From contig MHGP01000073.1 of the NCBI GenBank assembly GCA_001805615.1, forward strand, positions 28,156 to 92,155: a stretch of 64,000 nucleotides of DNA, in the 5' to 3' direction. Within the stretch, counting starts at the first letter, position 1. Each line of letters starts with the position of its first letter. The notes below the pieces were generated by a model that did no database searches, had not been told where the DNA came from, and was given only the letters and a program-made list of their open reading frames with translations. The position numbers were made by a program, and so were the translations under genes. Shown here one piece after another: positions 53,468 to 61,909 of the stretch. Source of the stretch: Omnitrophica WOR_2 bacterium RIFCSPHIGHO2_02_FULL_48_11. Its GTDB lineage: Bacteria; Omnitrophota; Gorgyraeia; Zapsychrales; GWA2-47-8.

Positions 53468-56400
53468 ATGGCTAAGACCGCAAAAATAAAATATTCTCTC
53501 GATGGACAAGGCTGCTTTGTCATCGAAAATTATAATCAAGCCAAACCTTTCAGCAATTTTTTCCCAGGGATCGCCGGTTTGTGGGGCATTCCGATGTGGG
53601 TGTTTTATGTTAATCGCGGCCAAGGCATTGCCAGTTTCGGTACCCATGGAAAGGACAAATCGCTGGTCGAGTTTCAACCCGCCAATAAAGCCTACCGCTT
53701 GACCTCGCTGCAGGGCTTTCGAACGTTTTTAAAATTAACCTCCGGCAGTAAAAAAATATTCTGGGAACCTTTTCAGAATCATTCCGGCGTTTCCGGTTTC
53801 AAGACGAAACAGGTCATGCGCATCACTTCGCATGATTTGACGATCGAAGAGGAGAATGCTTTCTTAGGTATCGGGGTCCGGGTGAATTATTTTACTCTGC
53901 CCCAAGAACCGTTGGCCGCGCTTATCCGGCGCGTGACGATCATTAATTTGGGAAGAAAAAAATGGAATGTTGAGCTGGTTGACGGGTTGCCCGTCTTTTT
54001 TCCCTATGGGCTCAATGACTGGGCGGCCAAGAATATGTCCCGGACCGTTGAGGCCTGGGTCAATGTGCGCGGGGTGGACAAGAAAACTCCCTATTATCAT
54101 TTGCGGGCCGAGGTCGCCGATACCCCGCAGGTCAAACACATCAAAGAAGGAAATTTTTATTTTAGTTTTGAAAAAGACGGCGCCAAGGCCAAACTGCTTG
54201 AGCCCATTGTTGAGGCGGCCTGTGTTTTTGGCAGCGTCTTGGATTTTGTTCAGCCGGAAACTTTTATGAATGCCGCAAAATTTCAGGTGCCGCGCACCCA
54301 GCAGACCAGCAACCGGACCCCTGCAGCGATGAGTTTCAGCCGTTTTTCATTAGGGGGCCGTGAAGAAAAGACTTTTATCGCGGCGGCGGGGTTTGCTCAC
54401 AGCGAGGCGCAGTTGAGCCAATTTGCCGCCCAGGCCCTCCGGCAGGATTTTGTCGCCCAAAAGGCCGCAGAGAATAAAGCGGTCGTCGAAGAAGTAAAAC
54501 ATTTTGCTTTCACCCGGAGTTCTTCCCCGGAGTTCGATCTGTATTGCCAGCAGACATTCTTGGACAATGTCTTGCGCGGCGGGCTGCCGGTTTCTTTGAA
54601 AACAGGAGAAGGGGTGGCGGCCTTTAATGTTTTTAGCCGTAAGCACGGTGACCTGGAACGGGATTATAATTGGTTTGTCCTGGCGCCGACCTATTTCTCG
54701 CAAGGCAACGGCAACTACCGCGACGTCAACCAAAACCGGCGCAATGATGTTTGGTTCAACGCCGATGTGAAAGAAAATCATATCGTCAATTTCCTCAGCC
54801 TGATCCAGGCGGATGGATATAATCCGCTGGTGGTCAAGGGAATGACTTTTTCCGTGGGCCAGGCGTCCCGGGCCGAGGCAGTGCTCAAAGAATTGTGTGC
54901 CGGTGAGGTTTCGGCGCATCTTAAAGAAATGTTGGTGAAAGGTTTTCAGCCCGGAGAATTGCTGCAGGCCGTTGAGCAGGAGGGGATCAAGCTTAAGATT
55001 TCGTTAAAAGATTTTTTGAGCAAGATCTTGGGCGTATCGCAGAAACATGAATCCGCGGATCACGGTGAGGGTTTTTGGACAGACCATTGGACGTATAATA
55101 CCGATCTTTTGGAAAGTTTTGTGGCGGTTTATCCGGATCAGTTCGCCGCTCTCTTGCTGGAGAAGAAAGTTTTTAGTTTTTATTTTAATTCCCATTATGT
55201 CCTGCCCCGCGACCATCGGTATATCCTGACCGCTCACGGTGTCCGGCAGTATCATTCGGTGCACAACGATCCCAAAACAACCAAAGCCGCCGAGCGCGGG
55301 CACAAACTGCACACTAAGCACGGGGAGGGTGAGGTTTACCACACGCATCTCTTGGCCAAGTTGGTGTGCTTGTTGGCCAACAAGGCCGCCACCCTTGATC
55401 CCAGCGGTATCGGGGTTGAGATGGAAGCGGATAAACCCAATTGGTATGATGCCTTAAACGGCCTGCCCGGCCTGGTCGGTTCTTCCATTTCCGAGACATT
55501 CGAGATCAAGCGTCTTGCGGTATTTTTGCTCAATGCGTTGGAGCAGGCGGCGTTCAGCGAAAAACAAAAGATCTCTATTTTTATTGAATTATATAATTTT
55601 GTGACGGAATTGAAAAATGTTTTGGCTTCGGCCACAGAGCCTTTGGATTATTGGTCGCGAGCGAATGAAGCCAAAGAGCATTACCGTTTTCATACCCGTG
55701 CCGGCATCGAAGGCGCGGAAAAAGACATGACCATCGCCGAGTTGAAAGAATTTTTGAAATTGATCGTCCAAAGAACAAGCCAGGGCACTGCCGCGGCCAA
55801 AGACCGGGCGGGCCTGTATCCGACCTATTTTTATCATGAGATAACGGATTATCAGAAAATGGACCGTCTGCATGCGCCGGGTGTGCCGTATGTTAAGCCG
55901 CTCAAATTTCGTCGGCAGCAGTTGCCTTTATTCCTGGAAGGGTTTGTGCATGCGTTGCGGGTGGCGGAGAATGTTCCTGAGGCCCGCGCGCTTTACCAGG
56001 GTGTCCGGCGGAGCCCGCTTTTTGATAAAAAATTGGCGATGTATAAAGTGAATGCCCAGCTGGCGGAGGCGACGGAAGAAATCGGGCGCGCGCGTATTTT
56101 TCCGCCCGGATGGCTGGAGAATGAGTCGATCTGGCTGCACATGGAATACAAATTTTTATTGGAACTTCTGCGTTGCGGTTTGTACGAAGAGTTTTATGAA
56201 AATTTCAATAAAGCGCTGATCCCTTTTTTAAAGCCGGAACAGTACGGCCGCAGCACCCTGGAGAGCTCTTCGTTCATTGTGAGCAGCATCCATGAAGACG
56301 CGTCGCTGCATGGGCAGGGGTTTGTCGCGCGCCTCTCGGGTAGCACGGCAGAATTCTTGCATATGTGGCTCTGGATGAACCTCGGGAAACAACCGTTCCG

Positions 56401-56713
56401 CCTGAGCCGCGACGGCCAATTGACCTTAACGCTCGCACCGGCACTGCCGGGCTGGCTGTTCAGCGAGAAAGCGGTTAAGGAATTCCCTAAAAATTCTTAT
56501 GCCTTTAATCTTTTCGGCACGACGCGGGTCGTTTATCACAATCCTAAACGAAAAAATACTTTCGGTCAAAACAGCGGCGTGATCAAACGCATCAGTCTTA
56601 CGTATCCGGGGCGGAAAAATCCGGTCATGCTCTCTTCCGCGACGATCCCTGCTCCGTATTCCCACGAGATCCGCGATCGAAAAGTCGAGCGGATCGATGT
56701 GGAATGGGAATAG
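53468..56713 (+). CDS. GH94-like glycoside phosphorylase superfamily protein (1081 aa)
   Basis: The N-terminal NY...FSNFFPGIAG pattern resembles cellobiose phosphorylase (PWINYLG..FFSL). GNGNYRDVNQNRRND matches the catalytic-region G.G..RD.NQ motif of GH94 enzymes. Family assignment is tentative. Confidence 0.55.
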   Translation: MAKTAKIKYSLDGQGCFVIENYNQAKPFSNFFPGIAGLWGIPMWVFYVNRGQGIASFGTHGKDKSLVEFQPANKAYRLTSLQGFRTFLKLTSGSKKIFWEPFQNHSGVSGFKTKQVMRITSHDLTIEEENAFLGIGVRVNYFTLPQEPLAALIRRVTIINLGRKKWNVELVDGLPVFFPYGLNDWAAKNMSRTVEAWVNVRGVDKKTPYYHLRAEVADTPQVKHIKEGNFYFSFEKDGAKAKLLEPIVEAACVFGSVLDFVQPETFMNAAKFQVPRTQQTSNRTPAAMSFSRFSLGGREEKTFIAAAGFAHSEAQLSQFAAQALRQDFVAQKAAENKAVVEEVKHFAFTRSSSPEFDLYCQQTFLDNVLRGGLPVSLKTGEGVAAFNVFSRKHGDLERDYNWFVLAPTYFSQGNGNYRDVNQNRRNDVWFNADVKENHIVNFLSLIQADGYNPLVVKGMTFSVGQASRAEAVLKELCAGEVSAHLKEMLVKGFQPGELLQAVEQEGIKLKISLKDFLSKILGVSQKHESADHGEGFWTDHWTYNTDLLESFVAVYPDQFAALLLEKKVFSFYFNSHYVLPRDHRYILTAHGVRQYHSVHNDPKTTKAAERGHKLHTKHGEGEVYHTHLLAKLVCLLANKAATLDPSGIGVEMEADKPNWYDALNGLPGLVGSSISETFEIKRLAVFLLNALEQAAFSEKQKISIFIELYNFVTELKNVLASATEPLDYWSRANEAKEHYRFHTRAGIEGAEKDMTIAELKEFLKLIVQRTSQGTAAAKDRAGLYPTYFYHEITDYQKMDRLHAPGVPYVKPLKFRRQQLPLFLEGFVHALRVAENVPEARALYQGVRRSPLFDKKLAMYKVNAQLAEATEEIGRARIFPPGWLENESIWLHMEYKFLLELLRCGLYEEFYENFNKALIPFLKPEQYGRSTLESSSFIVSSIHEDASLHGQGFVARLSGSTAEFLHMWLWMNLGKQPFRLSRDGQLTLTLAPALPGWLFSEKAVKEFPKNSYAFNLFGTTRVVYHNPKRKNTFGQNSGVIKRISLTYPGRKNPVMLSSATIPAPYSHEIRDRKVERIDVEWE

Positions 56714-56771
56714 TTTTTTTGCGATGGCAAACGGTTAAATATATTTAAAAAATTTCTACAAAAGGCTATTT

Positions 56772-57413
56772 ATGTTCGACGGAAAATCGATTTTTGAAAT
56801 TATTCATAAAGGCGGTTTTGTGATGTATGTTTTGATCGCTTGCTCGGTCGTGTCTTTGACCGTGGTGGTGGACCGGCTGATGTATTACAGCAAAAAATCG
56901 AAAGTAAAGCTGGCGGACTTTATGCAAAGGATCCGTTCCGAGCTGCAAAAAAACCGGCTCCCGCACGCGATTGAAATTTGCCATAAGACCGATACCCCGT
57001 TTGCTAAGGTGGCCCGCGCGGGGTTGCATCTGCATGGCCACAGTGAAAAAATGATCTCGGAAGCCATGCAGCGTGAAATTCTTATCGAGAGCATCAAACT
57101 GGAACGCTTCACCAGCATTATCGGCACCATCGGCAGCACTGCGGTTTATATCGGCCTCTTGGGGACGGTGCTTGGGATCATGCGCGCGTTCCATGACATC
57201 ACGCTCAAAGGGAGCGGCGGCATCAGCGTGGTGATCGGCGGGATTTCCGAGGCGTTGATTTCAACGGCCGCCGGTCTTGTGGTGGCGATCCCCGCGGTCA
57301 TTTTTTACAATTTTTTTATCCGCAAGATTGATAATTTTGTCGCCGAGATGGAACTGTGCGCTTCGGAATTAGTTGATCTTTTGTGCGTGAGTACACATGA
57401 AAAGACGCTCTAG
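56772..57413 (+). CDS. MotA/TolQ/ExbB proton-channel protein
   Basis: Three TM helices and a conserved IGLLGTVLGI segment. Confidence 0.85.
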   Translation: MFDGKSIFEIIHKGGFVMYVLIACSVVSLTVVVDRLMYYSKKSKVKLADFMQRIRSELQKNRLPHAIEICHKTDTPFAKVARAGLHLHGHSEKMISEAMQREILIESIKLERFTSIIGTIGSTAVYIGLLGTVLGIMRAFHDITLKGSGGISVVIGGISEALISTAAGLVVAIPAVIFYNFFIRKIDNFVAEMELCASELVDLLCVSTHEKTL

Positions 57414-57819
57414 AAGCCAAAGATTAGTCGCGGAAATCAATATTACCCCCTTCACGGATGTTATCCTGGTTATCTTGATCATCTTTATGGGGGCGACACC
57501 CTTATTGGTCGAATCAAGTCTCGCGATCAACCTTCCCAAATCCTCGACCCTGCAGCAGCCTCCGCAGGATGTGTATTTAATGATCAATGCCAGCGGTGAT
57601 GCGGTTCTGGAAAATACCCAATATAGCCTGCGCTTCGATTTAGGCGTCCTTAAGTTCAAGCTGGCTGATCTTGCCAAGCGATCTCCGGATCTTTCGATTG
57701 TGATCCATGGGGATAAAGATGTGAAATATGATTTTGTTATCAAGGTCATAGACCTGGCCTCCCAAGCCGGGATCAAACATATTGTTTTGGCGACCGAATT
57801 CGTCCCTGGAAAAAAATAA
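57397..57819 (+). CDS. ExbD/TolR biopolymer transport protein
   Basis: EINITPFTDVILVILIIFM and the family size. Overlaps the exbB stop. Confidence 0.85.
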   Translation: MKRRSRSQRLVAEINITPFTDVILVILIIFMGATPLLVESSLAINLPKSSTLQQPPQDVYLMINASGDAVLENTQYSLRFDLGVLKFKLADLAKRSPDLSIVIHGDKDVKYDFVIKVIDLASQAGIKHIVLATEFVPGKK

Positions 57820-57850
57820 ACAACACCACCCCTAACGAAAGGATCATGAA

Positions 57851-58402
57851 ATGTTAACGAAATTATGCTTAATCAACTTAGTCGCGCTCAATTTGATGGC
57901 GTTTTTTTGCGGGAGTATATCGGCCGACGAGAAAACGACGGTCGTCTTAGAAACGAATCAGGGTAAGATTGAGATCGAATTATTTCCCGCTGTTGCGCCC
58001 AAGGCGTGTGAAAATTTTCTGGGCCTTATCAAAAAAGGGTATTACGACGGGATTGTATTTCATCGCGTTATTAAAAATTTCATGATTCAGGGCGGCGACC
58101 CGACCGCGACCGGCATGGGCGGAGACAGCCTGTGGGGAAAACCGTTTGAAGATGAGGTCTCCTCCAGCCTGGGATTCGATCAGCCGGGAATTTTGGCCAT
58201 GGCCAATGCCGGCCCCAGCACCAACGGCAGCCAATTCTTTATTACCACGGCCGCGACCCCCTGGCTCAATATGAAGCATACGATTTTTGGAAAAGTGGTC
58301 AGCGGTTATGATGTTGTGCAGAAAATTGAAAATGCAAAGACCGGGTATGGCGATAAACCCGTCGAAGACCAAAGAATCATCAAGGCTTATTTAAAGAAAT
58401 AA
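57851..58402 (+). CDS. ppiB: periplasmic cyclophilin-type peptidyl-prolyl isomerase
   Basis: Signal peptide. FHRVIKNFMIQGGD, LAMANAGPSTNGSQFFIT. Confidence 0.9.
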   Translation: MLTKLCLINLVALNLMAFFCGSISADEKTTVVLETNQGKIEIELFPAVAPKACENFLGLIKKGYYDGIVFHRVIKNFMIQGGDPTATGMGGDSLWGKPFEDEVSSSLGFDQPGILAMANAGPSTNGSQFFITTAATPWLNMKHTIFGKVVSGYDVVQKIENAKTGYGDKPVEDQRIIKAYLKK

Positions 58403-58408
58403 CTGCCT

Positions 58409-58909
58409 ATGTCCGAATCCGAACAGTCGCTGCAAAAAATTCATCCGCGGTATCTTGATGTTCCTATTCTTTTGGCAGTTTCGCTGGTACTGCTGGGGTT
58501 TGGATTGTTCTTGCCGGTCATCACGCTCAAGGAACTGGTCTTCTGGAAACATACGTTTTCGGTCTTAAGCGGGATCAGCAGCCTGGTCGATGAGGGACAT
58601 TATTTTTTGGGTATCGTTATATTTTTGTTCTCCATTGTTTTTCCTTTTATCAAGCTTGGAATGCTTTTTGCTTTATGGTTCGGCAGATTGGCACAGTGGC
58701 AGCGGGAGAAATATATTCATTGGTTAGGAGCGATAGGGAAATGGTCGATGCTGGATGTTTTTGTGGTGGCCATCACCATTGTGATCGCCAAACTTTCAGG
58801 TTTCGCCAGTGCCCAACCGCAGATAGGGCTGTATTTTTTTGGATCCTCGATCTTGTTGGCCATGTTGGTCACCGTGAGGATAGAAAGGCTTATTGCAGAA
58901 GAGCATTAA
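58409..58909 (+). CDS. PqiA-like integral membrane protein
   Basis: Four TM helices and a SMLDVFVVAI motif. Single-domain size. Confidence 0.5.
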   Translation: MSESEQSLQKIHPRYLDVPILLAVSLVLLGFGLFLPVITLKELVFWKHTFSVLSGISSLVDEGHYFLGIVIFLFSIVFPFIKLGMLFALWFGRLAQWQREKYIHWLGAIGKWSMLDVFVVAITIVIAKLSGFASAQPQIGLYFFGSSILLAMLVTVRIERLIAEEH

Positions 58910-58922
58910 GAAAGCCAGCCGC

Positions 58923-59453
58923 ATGTCGTTGTGCAGCCGAAAATTTTTATATCAGGTCCTGGGTATTTTGTTTTGTTCCTTGGCGCTCACCAGTGCTTTT
59001 GCCGAGGAGCCGCCGCCTCTGAGTTCCAATTGCCCGCAGACTTTTGCCGCAACCGGGAAGTGCCCGAGAGAGATTTGCGATTACGGTTGTTTCACCGTGA
59101 CGGAAGACGGCGCAGGATGTTTGATGGCGTGCAGAGAGAAGCCGTGTATTTTTATTAAGAATCAGTTTTGTCCGGCGGACCGCTGCCAAATCCTAAAAAG
59201 CTGCGACGATACGGAAATTTGTTATTATAAATTTAAAGGTGATTCGCCGGCCTGCGGCACCATCGGTTATAACGGCCAAGACGCGCAGTGCTGTTCCGGC
59301 CTTGTCAAACGCTGCGGCGTGGATCTGCTGGACGGCAGCTGCAACATGTCCGGCAAGAATTCCATCTACGCCGTTCCTTCCTGTATTCCCTGCGGAAACC
59401 GTATCTGTGATCAATTCGAAAATAAATGCAATTGCCCGGAAGATTGCGGGTAG
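58923..59453 (+). CDS. small secreted cysteine-rich protein (30 Cys)
   Basis: The start is re-picked at 58923. Signal ...LTSAFA. C-terminal CGNRICDQFENKCNCPEDCG echoes the CGxGxxxxGExCD repeat of the 27130..29100 hydrolase. Confidence 0.65.
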   Translation: MSLCSRKFLYQVLGILFCSLALTSAFAEEPPPLSSNCPQTFAATGKCPREICDYGCFTVTEDGAGCLMACREKPCIFIKNQFCPADRCQILKSCDDTEICYYKFKGDSPACGTIGYNGQDAQCCSGLVKRCGVDLLDGSCNMSGKNSIYAVPSCIPCGNRICDQFENKCNCPEDCG

Positions 59454-59456
59454 GTG

Positions 59457-60623
59457 TTAGGGCAGCAGTTTTAGAATGCACAGCGCGGCGCGATTGATGG
59501 CGCCCGGCCCGCCGAGAGAATTTTTGACTTTCAACAATTCCGCTTTCATTTCCGCGACACGGAGCTCATTGGTGAAAATATTTTTTAATTCTTGGGCGAT
59601 CTTGGGGCCGGTGGCTTCGTGCTGAATGCATTCGGGGACAATTTTTTTGCCGGCGACGACATTGGCCATGGCAATGTGGGGGATCTTGACAAGTTGTTTG
59701 GCGAGCCAATAGGTCAAAGGCGCGGTTTTATAAACAACCACCATCGGCTTGTTGAGGATGGCGGTCTCCAGCGTGGCGGTCCCGGAGGCCACCATGCACA
59801 CTTCCGCGGCATTGATGCCGTCATAGGTCTGGTTGTCGACGATCTTCAGCGGCAGCGAGACGGCACGTAACGAGGTCATCAAATTCTTTCTGAAATATTT
59901 TTGGAGCGATTCGGAAGAAATGGTCGGCGCCTTAAGAAGCAAGAATTGGATCCTGCCGGAAAATTCTCGGTTCAAGATGTCGGCCGCTTCGAGCATGGGC
60001 GGTAAAAGGTTCTCGATCTCTTTGGGCCGGGACCCGGGGAGGATGCCGATGGTGAGCTTATCGGCGGGCAGCCCCAAGGATCGTAAGAATTCCTGTTTTG
60101 GTTTTTGAACTTTTATCGTATCGATCAGCGGATGGCCGACGAATTCCACATCCAGCCCGCGTTCGGCGTAGAATTTTTTTTCGAATTCGAAGAGCACCAG
60201 CATTTTATCAACATGCGTTTTGATAAATTCCACGCGGTTTTCTTTCCAGGCCCAGACCTGGGGGCTCACGTAGTAAATCACCTGCACGTTATGTTTTTTC
60301 AGTTCCCGGGTGAGGCGTAAATTAAAACCGGGATAATCGACGAGGATCACGGTGCGCGCCTTTGTTTCTTTCACTTTAGCCAGGATCAAGTGAAAGATCC
60401 GGCGGAATTCGCTGAAATGTTTTAAAACTTCAACAAAACCTACCACGGCGATCTTGGTTAGATCTTCATAAAGCTTCACCCCGGCTCTTTGCATTTGCGG
60501 TCCGCCGACACCCGAAAAAATCAGCCGGGGGTCGCGTTCGCGCAGGGTTGCCACGAGGTGGGCCGCATGCATATCGCCGGAGGCTTCACCGGCGACGATG
60601 ATGATATGTTGAGGAGAAGACAT
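59457..60623 (-). CDS. lpxB: lipid-A-disaccharide synthase
   Basis: N-terminal IIIVAGEASGDMHAAHLV and SGVGGPQM. Confidence 0.9.
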   Translation of the reverse strand: MSSPQHIIIVAGEASGDMHAAHLVATLRERDPRLIFSGVGGPQMQRAGVKLYEDLTKIAVVGFVEVLKHFSEFRRIFHLILAKVKETKARTVILVDYPGFNLRLTRELKKHNVQVIYYVSPQVWAWKENRVEFIKTHVDKMLVLFEFEKKFYAERGLDVEFVGHPLIDTIKVQKPKQEFLRSLGLPADKLTIGILPGSRPKEIENLLPPMLEAADILNREFSGRIQFLLLKAPTISSESLQKYFRKNLMTSLRAVSLPLKIVDNQTYDGINAAEVCMVASGTATLETAILNKPMVVVYKTAPLTYWLAKQLVKIPHIAMANVVAGKKIVPECIQHEATGPKIAQELKNIFTNELRVAEMKAELLKVKNSLGGPGAINRAALCILKLLP

Positions 60624-60714
60624 AATTAAAATTCAAAATTTAGAAATCAAAAGGTAAAATTGCGGAGTCGCTGTGCGACACATTAGTTTTGACTTTTTAT
60701 TTTTGACTTTTGCG

Positions 60715-61659
60715 TTATTTTTTTATCGTCATCTTCCGGTGTTCTTCCATTAATCGCGTGATGTCCAGCGCGACCTTGAGGGCTTCACGGCCTTCGATCC
60801 CGGAGACGAGAGGTTTTTTATTGTCGCGCACACAATCGATGAAAGCTTCCAACTCTTTTTTGAGGGGTTCCTCTTTTTCAATAGGGAGGGCATGTTTAAG
60901 AATCATCGGGCCGACCCGCTTGTAGATCTTGGCTTCCTGGTTCATATAATCGAGAGAAATGTAGGAATTTTTTGTAAAAATGCGGATCTTGCGCATCGGA
61001 TCTTCCGAAACCCGGCTGGCGGTCAAATTGCACACGCAGCCGTTCTCCAGAACGATACGGACACTGGCGATATCCTCGAGTTTCGTGAGCACCTGAATGC
61101 CGACGGCGTGAATGCTTTTGATCGGTGCGGAGTTGAGCCCCAGGATGATATCGATATCGTGGATCATCAGGTCCATGACGACGCCGATATCGAGAGAGCG
61201 GTTGGGGAACTTGTTGAGGCGGTGGCATTCGATAAACAGCGGATCGCGGGCAAAATGCTTGATGCTTTCAAAGGCGGAATTGAAGCGTTCCACGTGGCCG
61301 ACCTGTAATTTTAAATTTTTGGGGCGCGCGAGGTCGATCAGCTGGTCGGCCTCCGCCAGCGTGTAGGTGATCGGCTTTTCGACAAAGGTATGCACATTGT
61401 TTTCTAAAAAGAATTTGGCGATGGCAAAATGCGCCACCGTCGGAACGCAGATATTGACGGCTTCGACTTTGCCGAGGAGGTCTTTATAATTTTTGTAAAA
61501 GGGGATATGGTAATGGCTGGCGAGCCGCTGGGTGCGATCGGCCTGAATATCGCAAACCCCCACCAGGTTGACCTTGGCAGAGATCTGTTCGGTATAAACC
61601 TTAAGATGCCGGGCCCCCAGATGGCCGATACCGATGATGGCGGTGTTTATTCTTTTCAT
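60715..61659 (-). CDS. Gfo/Idh/MocA-family NAD(P)-dependent oxidoreductase (possible UDP-GlcNAc 3-dehydrogenase GnnA-like)
   Basis: The start is re-picked at MKRINTAIIGIGHLGARH (Rossmann). 314 aa. Adjacent to lpxB. Confidence 0.75.
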   Translation of the reverse strand: MKRINTAIIGIGHLGARHLKVYTEQISAKVNLVGVCDIQADRTQRLASHYHIPFYKNYKDLLGKVEAVNICVPTVAHFAIAKFFLENNVHTFVEKPITYTLAEADQLIDLARPKNLKLQVGHVERFNSAFESIKHFARDPLFIECHRLNKFPNRSLDIGVVMDLMIHDIDIILGLNSAPIKSIHAVGIQVLTKLEDIASVRIVLENGCVCNLTASRVSEDPMRKIRIFTKNSYISLDYMNQEAKIYKRVGPMILKHALPIEKEEPLKKELEAFIDCVRDNKKPLVSGIEGREALKVALDITRLMEEHRKMTIKK

Positions 61660-61909
61660 AATGTCACCAGGGCACCAGGACACAAAGTCACCCGTAGTAA
61701 AAACTGGTGACTCGGTGACATTGTGGCTTGGTGACCTTTGCAATAGTAACAAAGACCTCGACAAAAGTCAATCGCTATGCTAATATCCGCCTACGCTAAA
61801 TGCTTAAAATATGCGTTTAGCTTCGGCGGATTATTCGGCGAAGTTGAACGTTAAAACACTTCAACGAAGACGAATATCCGCTTTACTCTTTTAATATTAA
61901 TAGTCTATT

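Noticed and set aside
61660-61764. 35-codon N-terminal extension of the Gfo/Idh/MocA gene
   Set aside because: The Rossmann motif starts right at the internal Met (MKRINTAIIGIGHLG). The extension lies in the GTGAC-repeat regulatory region.
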